Counted from the first letter of the stretch, positions 45,249 to 55,270 are shown. The stretch: 64,000 nucleotides of DNA from an uncultured Desulfosarcina sp. (GCA_963674945.2 CAXXWQ010000004.1:1760001-1824000), one strand, 5' to 3'. Numbers and translations: made by a program. Notes: generated by a model from the letters alone, not told the origin.

Positions 45249-46370
45249 GTGAGTGAGATTGTAATCAACAAAGTTGTGGTCCATGAGCTTGTAAAAGATC
45301 AATACAAATCAATAAAAAACTCTTTCATAAGTAAAAAGCCGCTGAATGTTACCCTTAATCCCGTCAAGTTGTTAGTCGATGGGATAGTGTCATTATACGG
45401 AAAAAAGAATAACACTGCTCATTATGGTATTTTCGGGAACAATAAAAAAGGAAAATATCCAGATGCTTTTAACACTTACTATAATTTGAAATCCCATGAT
45501 GATTCAAATTTTATGAGACTATCTAAAATAGGGATTGATGAATTATACCAAGCCGCCAAACACATTCCCGCAGCGTCTGGTGGGTACATTCTGTTCTCAG
45601 ACTATTCTAACAATCATGGGAGATACATGTTAATCGCCATGATAAAACCAAAAGAAGGGCTCACACTTAGCCAAGAAAACGAAGAACTTGTCCCCGAGGA
45701 GCTTTCTCAAATAGATTTAAGTCGCTTATATCAAGCAGCGCGAATCAGCTTTGGAAAATATGCAGCATATAAAGTGGCAAAGGAAGAGGAAAGGCAGGAA
45801 CTAAATTACCTTAGTTTTGTTTCTCCAAGCTCCAGTAAATCAGCGGCCGGCTATTTCGTTACTGCATTAGGGTGTGTTCCTGGAACAGCTGCGGCGCAAG
45901 CCACTAAAAATGTTGTCAATGAAAGCGTAAACTATTTCCGAAACCGTAAGGACTTAGAACCATATTGGTATCAATTCAAAGGCGATTTGATAAACTACCT
46001 TTGGAAAAAAGAGGAAAAAGGGGAATCCGTAAAGCTCTCAGAAATAGAACGTTTGGCCCGACAATTTATTCCCGCCGAGGATCAGGACCAGGCAGACGAA
46101 ACCGCAAAAGATTTCATTTCACACCTGAACAGTGAAGATGTTGCAGTTCCAGTCGAATTTCCAGTGAACAAGCCAGCACTGAAAAAACTACGTCAAATAC
46201 GCTATACTACTGGCAATTGGGATTTATCTTTTGAGAAAACCGCCCTAGGGGATACGGACAATGCCGAGGTATTTTATGACAGAGACCAACAACGTCTTGT
46301 ATTAAGCGCCTTACCTGATAAAATGATATCACTCATTGAAAAGGAACTCTCCGACCGTAAGAAAGAATAA
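45249..46370 (+). CDS. Nucleoid-associated protein family (YejK/NdpA-like)
   Basis: VVVHELVK, ASGGYILF..Y, IDLSRLYQAARI, YLSF, YF..ALGC; GGAGG RBS + GTG. Confidence 0.8.
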   Translation: MSEIVINKVVVHELVKDQYKSIKNSFISKKPLNVTLNPVKLLVDGIVSLYGKKNNTAHYGIFGNNKKGKYPDAFNTYYNLKSHDDSNFMRLSKIGIDELYQAAKHIPAASGGYILFSDYSNNHGRYMLIAMIKPKEGLTLSQENEELVPEELSQIDLSRLYQAARISFGKYAAYKVAKEEERQELNYLSFVSPSSSKSAAGYFVTALGCVPGTAAAQATKNVVNESVNYFRNRKDLEPYWYQFKGDLINYLWKKEEKGESVKLSEIERLARQFIPAEDQDQADETAKDFISHLNSEDVAVPVEFPVNKPALKKLRQIRYTTGNWDLSFEKTALGDTDNAEVFYDRDQQRLVLSALPDKMISLIEKELSDRKKE

Positions 46371-46378
46371 AAATAATT

Positions 46379-47635
46379 ATGGGCCTTTCACCATACGTAC
46401 ATCTATACAGGGCTAGTGGTAGACCAGACGTACAAAGTGGTGTATTCAACGGACGCCTTGATTTTAACGATGAAAATGTAAAATTAGTTGAAGACCTTAT
46501 AAAAGGATCTTGGCAGGCTTTTCGAGGAATATGGATTGATGGGAAGGTCGTTGATGAAGATGACCCCTTTCCCAATGATGGAAGCGAAATTAGATTTGAA
46601 GTACAGTGCCCTGGAGGTTCTGCCGACAGATTCCACAATAAAATCTCTGATTTTATTCGAGATACACCCGGACTTTCCAAAGGGGAGATGCCGAATGATT
46701 TTTATATCGTCGATGATGATTTTTATAGCAAAGAAGACCCCCATCCAAAAAAGATTGTAACACTCGCAGCAATTTGCCTTTTAATTCAAAGATTATCCCA
46801 GTTAGCTCATTATCATGCCGCAATAAAATCGATCGATCATGAAAAACTGATATTTTTACAGCCGAACGAAACAGAGTCGGCCACACCCATTGAGCTTATC
46901 ACTAAAGTTGATGAATCCATGCTCGATTGCGAGCCACCGGATGCTTGCTTAATCAACGAATTATGTTCCAAGGAAATAAAAACGAGTCTTCATTTTGTGG
47001 CTAAAAAAGGGGTTTTTGGAGTTACCCTTGCCGAATTCATGGCTAAGTCACATTCAAATCAAGGCGATTTTTCATATTTAGTAAGGAACTGGCGCAATTT
47101 TATTAATTTATATCAAAAAAATTTAGAAACATACCTAAGCGGTTTCGCTTTTCACAAAGCAACAAGGGAAGTGTCTGAAGCCGAGCTTCAAATTGCCGAG
47201 AAGTTTTCTAAGATAACAAGCGAAATCACAGGAAAATTATTAAGTATACCAGTTTCATTTGCAGTTATAATCGCTGTTTTTAGAGCTGAATCCTTAGTGG
47301 AAGGTCTTTTGCTCGTCGGCAGCCTCCTATTAGCCGCCTTCATTATTTCTGGTTCTGTTCGAAACCAACAAAAGCAGCTCGAACGAATTTCCCACGGGAA
47401 GGAATTGCTGTTTAACTCATTTGAAGGAAGAAAGGAAAGTTATCCAAAGGAACTAAAAAGGGCGATTGAGAAGATGGTGAATAGAGCCCAAAAGGACGAA
47501 AGTGACCTTAGACGCATACTTGAGGCTTTCCAGGCAATTGCATGGGTTCCTTTTGTTGTAGCTTTCATAATAATGCTCTATAAATATCATTTAAATGATG
47601 CTTTCAAACAGATGGTTTCTTATTTTATGCAGTAG
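46379..47635 (+). CDS. Hypothetical protein with three C-terminal TM segments
   Basis: 418 aa, 8 bp after YejK-like gene. Confidence 0.8.
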   Translation: MGLSPYVHLYRASGRPDVQSGVFNGRLDFNDENVKLVEDLIKGSWQAFRGIWIDGKVVDEDDPFPNDGSEIRFEVQCPGGSADRFHNKISDFIRDTPGLSKGEMPNDFYIVDDDFYSKEDPHPKKIVTLAAICLLIQRLSQLAHYHAAIKSIDHEKLIFLQPNETESATPIELITKVDESMLDCEPPDACLINELCSKEIKTSLHFVAKKGVFGVTLAEFMAKSHSNQGDFSYLVRNWRNFINLYQKNLETYLSGFAFHKATREVSEAELQIAEKFSKITSEITGKLLSIPVSFAVIIAVFRAESLVEGLLLVGSLLLAAFIISGSVRNQQKQLERISHGKELLFNSFEGRKESYPKELKRAIEKMVNRAQKDESDLRRILEAFQAIAWVPFVVAFIIMLYKYHLNDAFKQMVSYFMQ

Positions 47636-47856
47636 GAGGGGATGACACCGGAGCCAAGCATGGTTATCCGTGTCTGCCATGTTGCCTTGTGCTAAAAGTG
47701 GCGACAAGAAATTGATTGATAAATGTCACAAGAAATTACACAGTGGTGCAATTCGAACTTTTTTCATACAAATTCCGTAACTGGCCAGCAACGTCAAACT
47801 AACTTTGAAACCAACCCAAAATTTCCCCCCGTAAACCAAATGTAAAGTACCGTCGT

Positions 47857-47903
47857 AAAGAGTTATGTCAATTTCAGGCACTTAGTTATGTCACCCCCCT
47901 TCA
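47857..47903 (-). repeat. Right terminal inverted repeat of prophage 1
   Basis: Reverse complement TGAAGGGGGGTGACATAACTAAGTGCCTGAAATTGACATAACTCTTT. Confidence 0.9.
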
Positions 47904-48016
47904 GGAAGCGCGATGACAAAACTCAGCCCTAAAAATTGACATAAGTCCTTCCCAAATATGTTTGACATGGTCAAACTATATTTGATTTGGGCCTTCTAAG
48001 TAGGCAACGCAATCCC
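47904..48016 (+). repeat. Degenerate left end of element 2 (first 6 bp coincide with the TSD)
   Basis: 96/113 identical without gaps to 7804-7916; starts GG instead of TG. Confidence 0.9.
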
Positions 48017-48104
48017 TGTAGCTGTGTTGCTAAAAAAAAGAGTGGGTAAAATAAACACAGCACCCCCTGATACATCTAAAATACTCTGATATTATTTGAT
48101 TACG

Positions 48105-49112
48105 CTAAAATTTGATCATTACTTTCAATGATTCACTTGAGTTTGCTGCTTGAATGATTGCTTTTTGTAAATCAGCCTGACAGAATTCATGGGAAATTAA
48201 ACCTTCAAGTTCGTTATTGTATTTTTTTAATATTTCGAAAATCAACGGAAGGTCGACATGTTCATATCCAGCGCTACCCTGAATCCGATGCTGACTATAT
48301 GTGATTCTCTTTAAGTCAATCGGTCTTTGTTCGCCATGCACACCGACTACAACCAGCACAGCCCCAAATTTTGCGACATCCTGGAATGTTGCCAGAACGG
48401 GTTTTGCGCCTGTAGCTTCAATCCAGATATCAGCGTCAAATGAATCCTTTCCTGCCATCGTGTTTGGCCCAAATACATGTTTGCCTTTTTCACGGAGATC
48501 TTCGGTTCCTGCATTACAACCAGCAAATCCAAATTCTTTAGCGATCTTAAGCCTTTTATCGGAAAGGTCACAAACCATGACTTTTTTACAACCCATCGCC
48601 CTTGAGGCAAAAGCTGCGGTTATCCCAATCATGCCTGCCCCGAATACGACTACGCCTTTTTTATCGTTTGGTTCTCCCAGCCTTGCCGCCTTCGTCCCAA
48701 TCTGAAATGGTTCGATCAAAGCTGCTACCCTATCGCTTATTCCTTCGGGAACTGGAATGATTCCGTATCCTGCTTTTGCATCCGGCAGATGCATATATTC
48801 GGAATAACCGGAAAGGCCTCCCTTATCCCTGGGTTTTGCATATACACCAAAAGCATATACGCGCTGGCCAACTGTCAAATCCTTAACTTCAGAACCAACT
48901 TCCGTGATCACGCTAATCATCTCATGTCCAAATTCATGGCCTGGTTTGTAATGATGCGCTGCCGGTCCATTCATAAATATGTCGACTTCTCCGCCGCAGA
49001 TTCCAGTATAAAGATTCTTCACAATTATATCAGTAGGACCGCATGGAGGTAATTCGCGTTCTTCAAGATAAACGCTTCCTTTCCCTCCATAAATACCAGC
49101 TTTGTATTTCAT
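48105..49112 (-). CDS. Zinc-dependent MDR-family dehydrogenase
   Basis: GICG, FGHEM, ALIEP, VFGAGMIG. Confidence 0.9.
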   Translation of the reverse strand: MKYKAGIYGGKGSVYLEERELPPCGPTDIIVKNLYTGICGGEVDIFMNGPAAHHYKPGHEFGHEMISVITEVGSEVKDLTVGQRVYAFGVYAKPRDKGGLSGYSEYMHLPDAKAGYGIIPVPEGISDRVAALIEPFQIGTKAARLGEPNDKKGVVVFGAGMIGITAAFASRAMGCKKVMVCDLSDKRLKIAKEFGFAGCNAGTEDLREKGKHVFGPNTMAGKDSFDADIWIEATGAKPVLATFQDVAKFGAVLVVVGVHGEQRPIDLKRITYSQHRIQGSAGYEHVDLPLIFEILKKYNNELEGLISHEFCQADLQKAIIQAANSSESLKVMIKF

Positions 49113-49153
49113 AACTGAAACAGCCTTTCTTAATCTGCGAATACTAGTACGCT

Positions 49154-50158
49154 TTAGTCCAGGTCTAAAAGTTTGCTGGCGTTCGTGCTGCTCATGCCCC
49201 TTACTTCTTGCTCGGAAAAACCACGCGCCAACAGTTTTGTAATCATCAAACGCACACTTTCCACCGGAGCTGGGGTCGTCAACTGGCCGGTATCAGTTCC
49301 GATGCAACATCTTTCCGGTCCCACAGCGCGTACTTGCATGGCAAATTCATCAATATTGTCTTCCATTTCCCGATATGAATGCTCTAACAATACACCCATG
49401 TCAGCAAATTGTTTCTGCTCATCCAAAGAAAATGGCGGGTAGAAATGCGGATGGGGACCAAAACGAACGTGAGCAGCTAAAAGCTTGCTTATACCCAGCC
49501 GTTTCGCTTCCTTGAACATAGCCAGACTTTCCGTGAAAGACATGTGACCGTTAACAACCACCATATTAAACTGCTTAGCAATTTCCAATATCTCCGTTAC
49601 CACAGGCAGGATGTTGCCTGAAGAGTCCAGCACAGATAAACCGCCGGACCGTCCGCTGAAGGCATTGAGATTGGGCGAGTCAAGTGTCGGGAACCAGATG
49701 ACTTTAGCCCCATATTCAACAGCCTGTTTGATCGTATGAACATTAAAACCGCCGGTGCTCACTGTGTCAATGCAGAGGCCGCCGACAACAGTAAAGTCGG
49801 GGATCAATCTATTGACAAGCGCTGCCAAAGGCGCCGTACAATAATGGTGATTCTTCATCACGAAGGCGCGCATCCCCGCTGCCTTGGCTTGGAGTGCTGC
49901 TTCATGAACGTCGAACAGAGGAACGGCGTCGAGCGTAGGTCCGGGATGTACATGAGTGTCAATTGCTCCATTCATCAGGGAAGTGATCAAATCCCTTGAT
50001 TCAACTGTGGCCAGCTTTCCAAACTCATAGTACAGTTTGAGCCTGGCCTCTTTATGGCCAGGTACTTTCACGTTCGTCGTCGCCTTTTCCTCTTTTTTCA
50101 TTTTATTTTCCTTCTGATTTTTATTTTCAGACATTCGTCTATTTGTTATTTCCTTCAA
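49154..50158 (-). CDS. TIM-barrel metal-dependent hydrolase (DUF6282-like); start uncertain
   Basis: GAIDTHVHPGP, MKNH, IWFPT, GHMS, GTDTGQ. Confidence 0.75.
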   Translation of the reverse strand: MKEITNRRMSENKNQKENKMKKEEKATTNVKVPGHKEARLKLYYEFGKLATVESRDLITSLMNGAIDTHVHPGPTLDAVPLFDVHEAALQAKAAGMRAFVMKNHHYCTAPLAALVNRLIPDFTVVGGLCIDTVSTGGFNVHTIKQAVEYGAKVIWFPTLDSPNLNAFSGRSGGLSVLDSSGNILPVVTEILEIAKQFNMVVVNGHMSFTESLAMFKEAKRLGISKLLAAHVRFGPHPHFYPPFSLDEQKQFADMGVLLEHSYREMEDNIDEFAMQVRAVGPERCCIGTDTGQLTTPAPVESVRLMITKLLARGFSEQEVRGMSSTNASKLLDLD

Positions 50159-50161
50159 ATC

Positions 50162-51169
50162 CTAATATCTAATGATAACTTTCAAGGCTTTATTTACATC
50201 GCTTGCGGTCTCGAATGCATTCACAAGCTGTTCCCAAGGAAATTCATGCGTGATGATCGACTCGATATGCCAATTTCCGCTTTCCATCATGGCCATAACG
50301 TCAATGACATCCTCGGCTTCATACCCGCCCGAACCAATAAGACTATTCCGAGAATGCGACAACAATAAAAGATTAATGGTCGCTAATTCGCTATGCGCCC
50401 CGATGATTACCAGTCTGCTTTCGATTTTAGCCATAGCCATAAACGTTTCAATTATCTCCGTTACTCCTACCGCATCGATGTAGATATCGACATTTGCCGT
50501 TGGGCCACTGATCGCCCGGGCCTCACCGAATATCTCAGTCGCTTTTGCTTTCAAGTCTTCCTTACGGAAATTACAGATTTCAAAGCCCAGCTTCTTGGCT
50601 ATCTCCAGCCGTAAATCAGATACATCGACCACCATAACTTGCTTACAACCAAAATATTTTAGGGCAATCGCTGCGGCTGTACCGATCCCGCCCGCTCCGA
50701 AAACGATAGCGGTTTCATCCGGCTTGGGCTGAGCTCTACGGGCGCCGCGAGTAGCTACAGTGAAAGGTTCGATCAGACAGGCAGCCTTGGATGAGATTTT
50801 GTCGCTGACCTTAAATACTTGTTTGTTCAATTGGGCGTTTGGGATCAGCACATTTTCTGAAAATCCGCCTACACAGCCAATACGTTTGGGATCGCCTTTT
50901 GCCGGCCTCGGATAAGGGTAAACGCGATCCCCGATTAGGATATCTTTGACATTTTTCCCTACTTCAACTACTTCAGAAACCATTTCATGCCCAAACTCAC
51001 CTCCAATGGCAACTCTTTTGGCCCTGAGACCAATGTTGTAAATTGAAACATCGGAACCGCAAATACTAGCGTAGATATTCTTTAGCAAGATATCGTTATC
51101 TCCGCAAAAATCTGTCTTCAATTCGGTCAATACGATGTTCTTTACGCCATTGTACAGGGCTGCCCTCAT
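50162..51169 (-). CDS. Zinc-dependent MDR-family dehydrogenase
   Basis: SICGSD, FGHEM, LIEPF, VFGAGGIG. Confidence 0.9.
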   Translation of the reverse strand: MRAALYNGVKNIVLTELKTDFCGDNDILLKNIYASICGSDVSIYNIGLRAKRVAIGGEFGHEMVSEVVEVGKNVKDILIGDRVYPYPRPAKGDPKRIGCVGGFSENVLIPNAQLNKQVFKVSDKISSKAACLIEPFTVATRGARRAQPKPDETAIVFGAGGIGTAAAIALKYFGCKQVMVVDVSDLRLEIAKKLGFEICNFRKEDLKAKATEIFGEARAISGPTANVDIYIDAVGVTEIIETFMAMAKIESRLVIIGAHSELATINLLLLSHSRNSLIGSGGYEAEDVIDVMAMMESGNWHIESIITHEFPWEQLVNAFETASDVNKALKVIIRY

Positions 51170-51410
51170 ATGGTGATCTCCTTTCCAAATATTCAGTCAT
51201 TTCAATTTAAAATTAAATTGGTGCATTTGGCAAGTTCGTCTCAAACTACAAAATCGGAAAAATGCGTTCCAGCATAGTGTTACCACTACAAACTTTCAAA
51301 GAAATAGAAACCTGATCAAACCAGACTTATTTCATTAAAAAATGTTTCGAACTCCCCAGGGTTAAGTGTCTTCTATCAAATTGATAGGGTCTGATGATAT
51401 CAGATAATTT

Positions 51411-51656
51411 TCAATTCGATATTATCAATTCTTTGCCAATCTTTTGTTTGCCTACCGCAACCGAATATTTCAGGGTGACGGGCTGAATCTCGAATGCATC
51501 GAATACACCCCGGATATCCGGATGGTCATTAAGGCTCAATATAAACCGTCCTTTGATCCTGGCCAAAACATCGGCCATCTTTTCAAAATCCGGCAACGCC
51601 AGGTTATGGGCATAGAACGGACATTTATAATAAGGTGGATCGCAATAGAACAATGT
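51411..51656 (-). pseudogene. 3' remnant of Dam-family methylase, truncated by IS
   Basis: Matches C-terminal 80 aa of 10658-11413 (FYCDPPY...ELIISN). Confidence 0.92.
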
Positions 51657-54114
51657 TCAGGAAACTTGATTTCCTAATTGTTGCATATGGCAAGCAAAAC
51701 ATAATGTAAGTGGTTGAAAAACAGAAAGATAGGAGTCTGAATCCAGCAGGCCGGTAAGGTATTGCAACCGGAAAATGAACATGGCACCTTTAACCTTATT
51801 ATCTTGGCGGATAAATGAAAGGAAAAGGATGCCATGCCTCAACAGATACTACCACTTATTCCTCGGGGTGCAAGACAAATCAACGGGCTTGTCAGTGTAT
51901 TTCGTGACGATACGACCTGGACCTATTTTCTATCGACCGTTCCGATTTATTCTCACAGACAAGGCGATCAACGAATGTTTCGGATGATAACAGCCCAACT
52001 GGTTGAATCCGGAGCTTGCCGCCAGATCGATATCCAAAACACATTCGGCGTATCCAAGAGCAATGTCATCCGATCCGTGAACAAACTCAGGTCCGGCGGC
52101 GCCGAGGCATTTTTCGTTCAGCGGCGGGGACGACGCGGCGGCAAGGTTTTCAAACCTGAGGTGCTTGAACAAGCCCAACGTTTACTGGATCAAGGGTGCT
52201 CGAAAAAAGATGCCGCCCTGGAACTTGGCATTAAATACGATACGTTTCGCAAAGCTATAGATGATGGTCGGTTAATCGAATCAAGGATTGGTGAACCGTG
52301 TCTAACCAAATCAGATCGGGACATGGTCGACATGGCTGCTGCCGATGGTATGGGGACGGCTTGCAACCGAGTCGGGGAACGCATATTGGCATCATTGGGC
52401 AAAATGGTTGGTGCGCCGGTTCGTTTTGACAGATGCCTGGACGTTCCCAAAGCAGGCGTTCTTTGTGCGATACCGTCATTGGTGGCAAACGGGTTGTTTA
52501 CCGGCGCAAAACAGTTCCTCGGCCAAGTCAAAGGCTATTACACGATCTTTCATGTCTTGTTGCTGCTTTCGTTTATGGCCTTATGCAGGATCAAGACGAC
52601 AGAAAAAATACGAGGCCATGCTCCGGGAGAATTTGGTAAGTTATTGGGCTTGGATCGTGCACCGGAGGTTCGCTGTTTGCGTTACAAGATGGATGCGTTG
52701 AGCGCAGACCACGGCGCGGAAAAGTGGGCCGCATACCTCGGTAAATACTGGATGGAACAGGCGCCCGAATCGGTTGGCGCGCTTTATGTTGACGGGCATG
52801 TACGTGTTTATCATGGAAAATTGACCCGACTACCGCGCCGCTACGTGTCCCGGGAACGATTGTGCATGAGGGGCATTACCGACTATTGGGTTAACGATGC
52901 GATTGGCCGACCTTTTTTTGTCGTCGAAAAGCAGATCGATCCTGGATTATTGGCGGTTTTAAGAGACGATATCGTTCCCCGGTTGTTGCAAGACGTTCCG
53001 AATCAACCCGGTTTGCAGCAACTACAAGAGAACCCATGTTTATGCCGGTTCGTTCTTGTTTTCGACAGGGAAGGATATAGTCCCGCATTCTTCAAGGAAA
53101 TGTGGGATCGCCATCGAATCGGCTGCATGACGTATCATAAGCATCCTGGTGAATCATGGCCGGAGCATTGGTTCACCGAGTATGAAGTTGCGATGCCAAA
53201 CAAAGAGGTGGTGAAGATGCGGCTTTGCGAAATGGGTAGTTTGGTGGGATCTGGTAAGGGTGCAACATGGATGCGACAAGTGCGAAAACTGACCGATTCC
53301 GGACACCAGACCAGCGTAATCAGCACCGCTTTCGATTTGCCGCATACTCAATTGGCAGCACGCATGTTCAGCCGGTGGTGTCAGGAAAACTTTTTCAACT
53401 ATATGATGCAACATTTTGATATCGATGTGCTTTTAGATTATGGTGTCGTTGAATTTCCTGATACCGAACGGGTAATCAACCCCGTTTGGCGGCAATTGAA
53501 TCAATCCCGTAATTCGTTGCAGAACAAGCTACGATATCGTCGTGCCTGTTTTGCCGAGATGACCATTCACCCTGAAAATGAAGACAAACCGGTAAAGTTT
53601 AAGAAGTGGATAGAGAAAAAGGCCGAGCTGTTAGAAGAAATCGAAAAGATGGAGTATCAACTCAGCGAGTTGAAAGAAAAACGAAAACAGACAAGTAAAC
53701 ACATCACGTGGGGAGAACTTGAAGCAAAAGATAAATTTTTACGTTTACAACCGGGCAGAAAACGCCTGATGGACACGGTTCGTATGATTGCATATCGTGC
53801 AGAGACGGCAATGGTTGGGTTGCTCACGGGTCCGACGGTAAACTCGTCGGATGCACGGAGTCTTCTCCAGACACTGTTCCAGACCGAAGGCGATGTACTG
53901 CCCGATATTGAAAATCAGCAATTGAATATACGATTGCACGGCGCTTCGTTCCCAGCGGCCAATCGGGCTCTTTGCCAACTGTTTGCGCATCTGAACAGTG
54001 CGCAGGTAAAATACCCCGGTACCGAGCTGCAAATGATATTCGAACTAAATGGCTGCAGCACCTCAAATCATGCCGGAGGTGTCACATAGTTTTCCCGGAG
54101 ATGCAGTGTTCTGA
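51657..54114 (+). mobile_element. Insertion sequence, about 2.46 kb, family unassigned
   Basis: Imperfect IRs TCAGGAAACTTGATTTCC / TCAGAACACTGCATCTCC (13/18); phage homology stops and resumes at these points. Confidence 0.8.
51834..54089 (+). CDS. Putative DDE transposase (751 aa) with N-terminal HTHs
   Basis: YVDGH, VFDREG, RWCQENFF acidic motifs; fills the IR-bounded element. Confidence 0.8.
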   Translation: MPQQILPLIPRGARQINGLVSVFRDDTTWTYFLSTVPIYSHRQGDQRMFRMITAQLVESGACRQIDIQNTFGVSKSNVIRSVNKLRSGGAEAFFVQRRGRRGGKVFKPEVLEQAQRLLDQGCSKKDAALELGIKYDTFRKAIDDGRLIESRIGEPCLTKSDRDMVDMAAADGMGTACNRVGERILASLGKMVGAPVRFDRCLDVPKAGVLCAIPSLVANGLFTGAKQFLGQVKGYYTIFHVLLLLSFMALCRIKTTEKIRGHAPGEFGKLLGLDRAPEVRCLRYKMDALSADHGAEKWAAYLGKYWMEQAPESVGALYVDGHVRVYHGKLTRLPRRYVSRERLCMRGITDYWVNDAIGRPFFVVEKQIDPGLLAVLRDDIVPRLLQDVPNQPGLQQLQENPCLCRFVLVFDREGYSPAFFKEMWDRHRIGCMTYHKHPGESWPEHWFTEYEVAMPNKEVVKMRLCEMGSLVGSGKGATWMRQVRKLTDSGHQTSVISTAFDLPHTQLAARMFSRWCQENFFNYMMQHFDIDVLLDYGVVEFPDTERVINPVWRQLNQSRNSLQNKLRYRRACFAEMTIHPENEDKPVKFKKWIEKKAELLEEIEKMEYQLSELKEKRKQTSKHITWGELEAKDKFLRLQPGRKRLMDTVRMIAYRAETAMVGLLTGPTVNSSDARSLLQTLFQTEGDVLPDIENQQLNIRLHGASFPAANRALCQLFAHLNSAQVKYPGTELQMIFELNGCSTSNHAGGVT

Positions 54115-54221
54115 AATTTTCGTCGTTTTCCATTTTTTAATTCTCCAATAAAACCAGAAAATCGATAACCAAGCGAGAATCTGTCTTTCTCATATCCACA
54201 TTCTTTAGTTTCCATTGACCG

Positions 54222-54767
54222 TCACGCGGCTTCTCCACAAAATGGACAGGGTTTCCCCTTCTCGATATTATCCGCCTGAATCCCGCAAGCCCCACAGATC
54301 GGCGTTTTATGATAAACAGACTCGGTGTTGCCTCGATAAGCACCGCTTCGCTCTGACATGATGCGTAGGACTTCTTTGTTTCGGTCGATCTCCCCGGAAA
54401 TTCCGTAAGCCACTTTTCTCAGCCAGTTGTGATCTTTCAATGGCAAATCCAATGTTGGATTCTGCAATGCGCGGTCCATTGCCGCCGCCCATGCCATAGG
54501 GTTATTGGGATGGACGGCCCCTCGGTTCCAGGCGATTCCGTTTTTCTCGACCAACGCTTTGAGCGCTTCGGCATGGGTGCGAGTGGTCGACCACGCCATC
54601 GGCCGGATCCCGGAAAGGGGACGGAACAGCCCAAAGTACGCCAGCACCCGACGGCTTATTTCCGTCGGCAACTCGGAGCAGATATTCAACACAGCCTCCA
54701 CATCAACCTCCGCCGCCCATGCGTCCGCACTCGCGCGCATCCGGCATGCAGGACATTTCAAAATCAT
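54222..54767 (-). CDS. Hypothetical CxxC protein (copy 2)
   Basis: Near-identical to 34124-34669. Confidence 0.75.
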   Translation of the reverse strand: MILKCPACRMRASADAWAAEVDVEAVLNICSELPTEISRRVLAYFGLFRPLSGIRPMAWSTTRTHAEALKALVEKNGIAWNRGAVHPNNPMAWAAAMDRALQNPTLDLPLKDHNWLRKVAYGISGEIDRNKEVLRIMSERSGAYRGNTESVYHKTPICGACGIQADNIEKGKPCPFCGEAA

Positions 54768-55270
54768 CTCAAGTGCTCCTCGATATAGCGTGCAATATCA
54801 GGATCGCCCCAATTTCTATTCATCCACCGGTCTCCAAAATTCTTCTTCATCTGATTTTCGAACATCTTCTTCAGCCCCTCGATAGCCAAATATGCCTCTT
54901 GTGCTGTTTTTACCCGCTTTATCGAATACCGTTTGACCAGCCACCGGGAAAGTCCGTCCTTTACCCGCCAATCGATCAGCCGGGCCAGGGCGCCGATCTT
55001 CTCATGCTGTGCAAGACTGGCCAGCTTCACCATATTCCCTTTTTGCCGTGGGGTTGGTTTCGCTGCCGGCCGCCGGCGCTTTACTCGAAACCCTTTTTTC
55101 CGCAGCTCCGCTAAAAATAGATCCGCCTGCGCGGACGAAATTTCACAGGTGCTCTCGACACCGAACCGCTCCAGCAACATGTCTGCCTTGATGGACTTTT
55201 CGATCTTCAATTGCCCGCAAGCGATCCCGATCAATTGCCGTTGTCGTTTTGTGCTGGGTATCATCGTCAC
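54764..55270 (-). CDS. GemA/gp16-family protein (copy 2)
   Basis: Near-identical to 34666-35172. Confidence 0.8.
   Translation of the reverse strand: MTMIPSTKRQRQLIGIACGQLKIEKSIKADMLLERFGVESTCEISSAQADLFLAELRKKGFRVKRRRPAAKPTPRQKGNMVKLASLAQHEKIGALARLIDWRVKDGLSRWLVKRYSIKRVKTAQEAYLAIEGLKKMFENQMKKNFGDRWMNRNWGDPDIARYIEEHLR

Larger units (their letters stand above)
7804..47903. mobile_element. Transposable (Mu/B3-like) prophage 1, 40,100 bp, apparently complete
   Basis: TG...CA ends with inverted repeats, 6-bp TSD, DDE transposase + AAA ATPase, GemA, Mor, portal, gpF/gpG, protease, capsid, gp36/gp37, tape measure. Confidence 0.95.
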
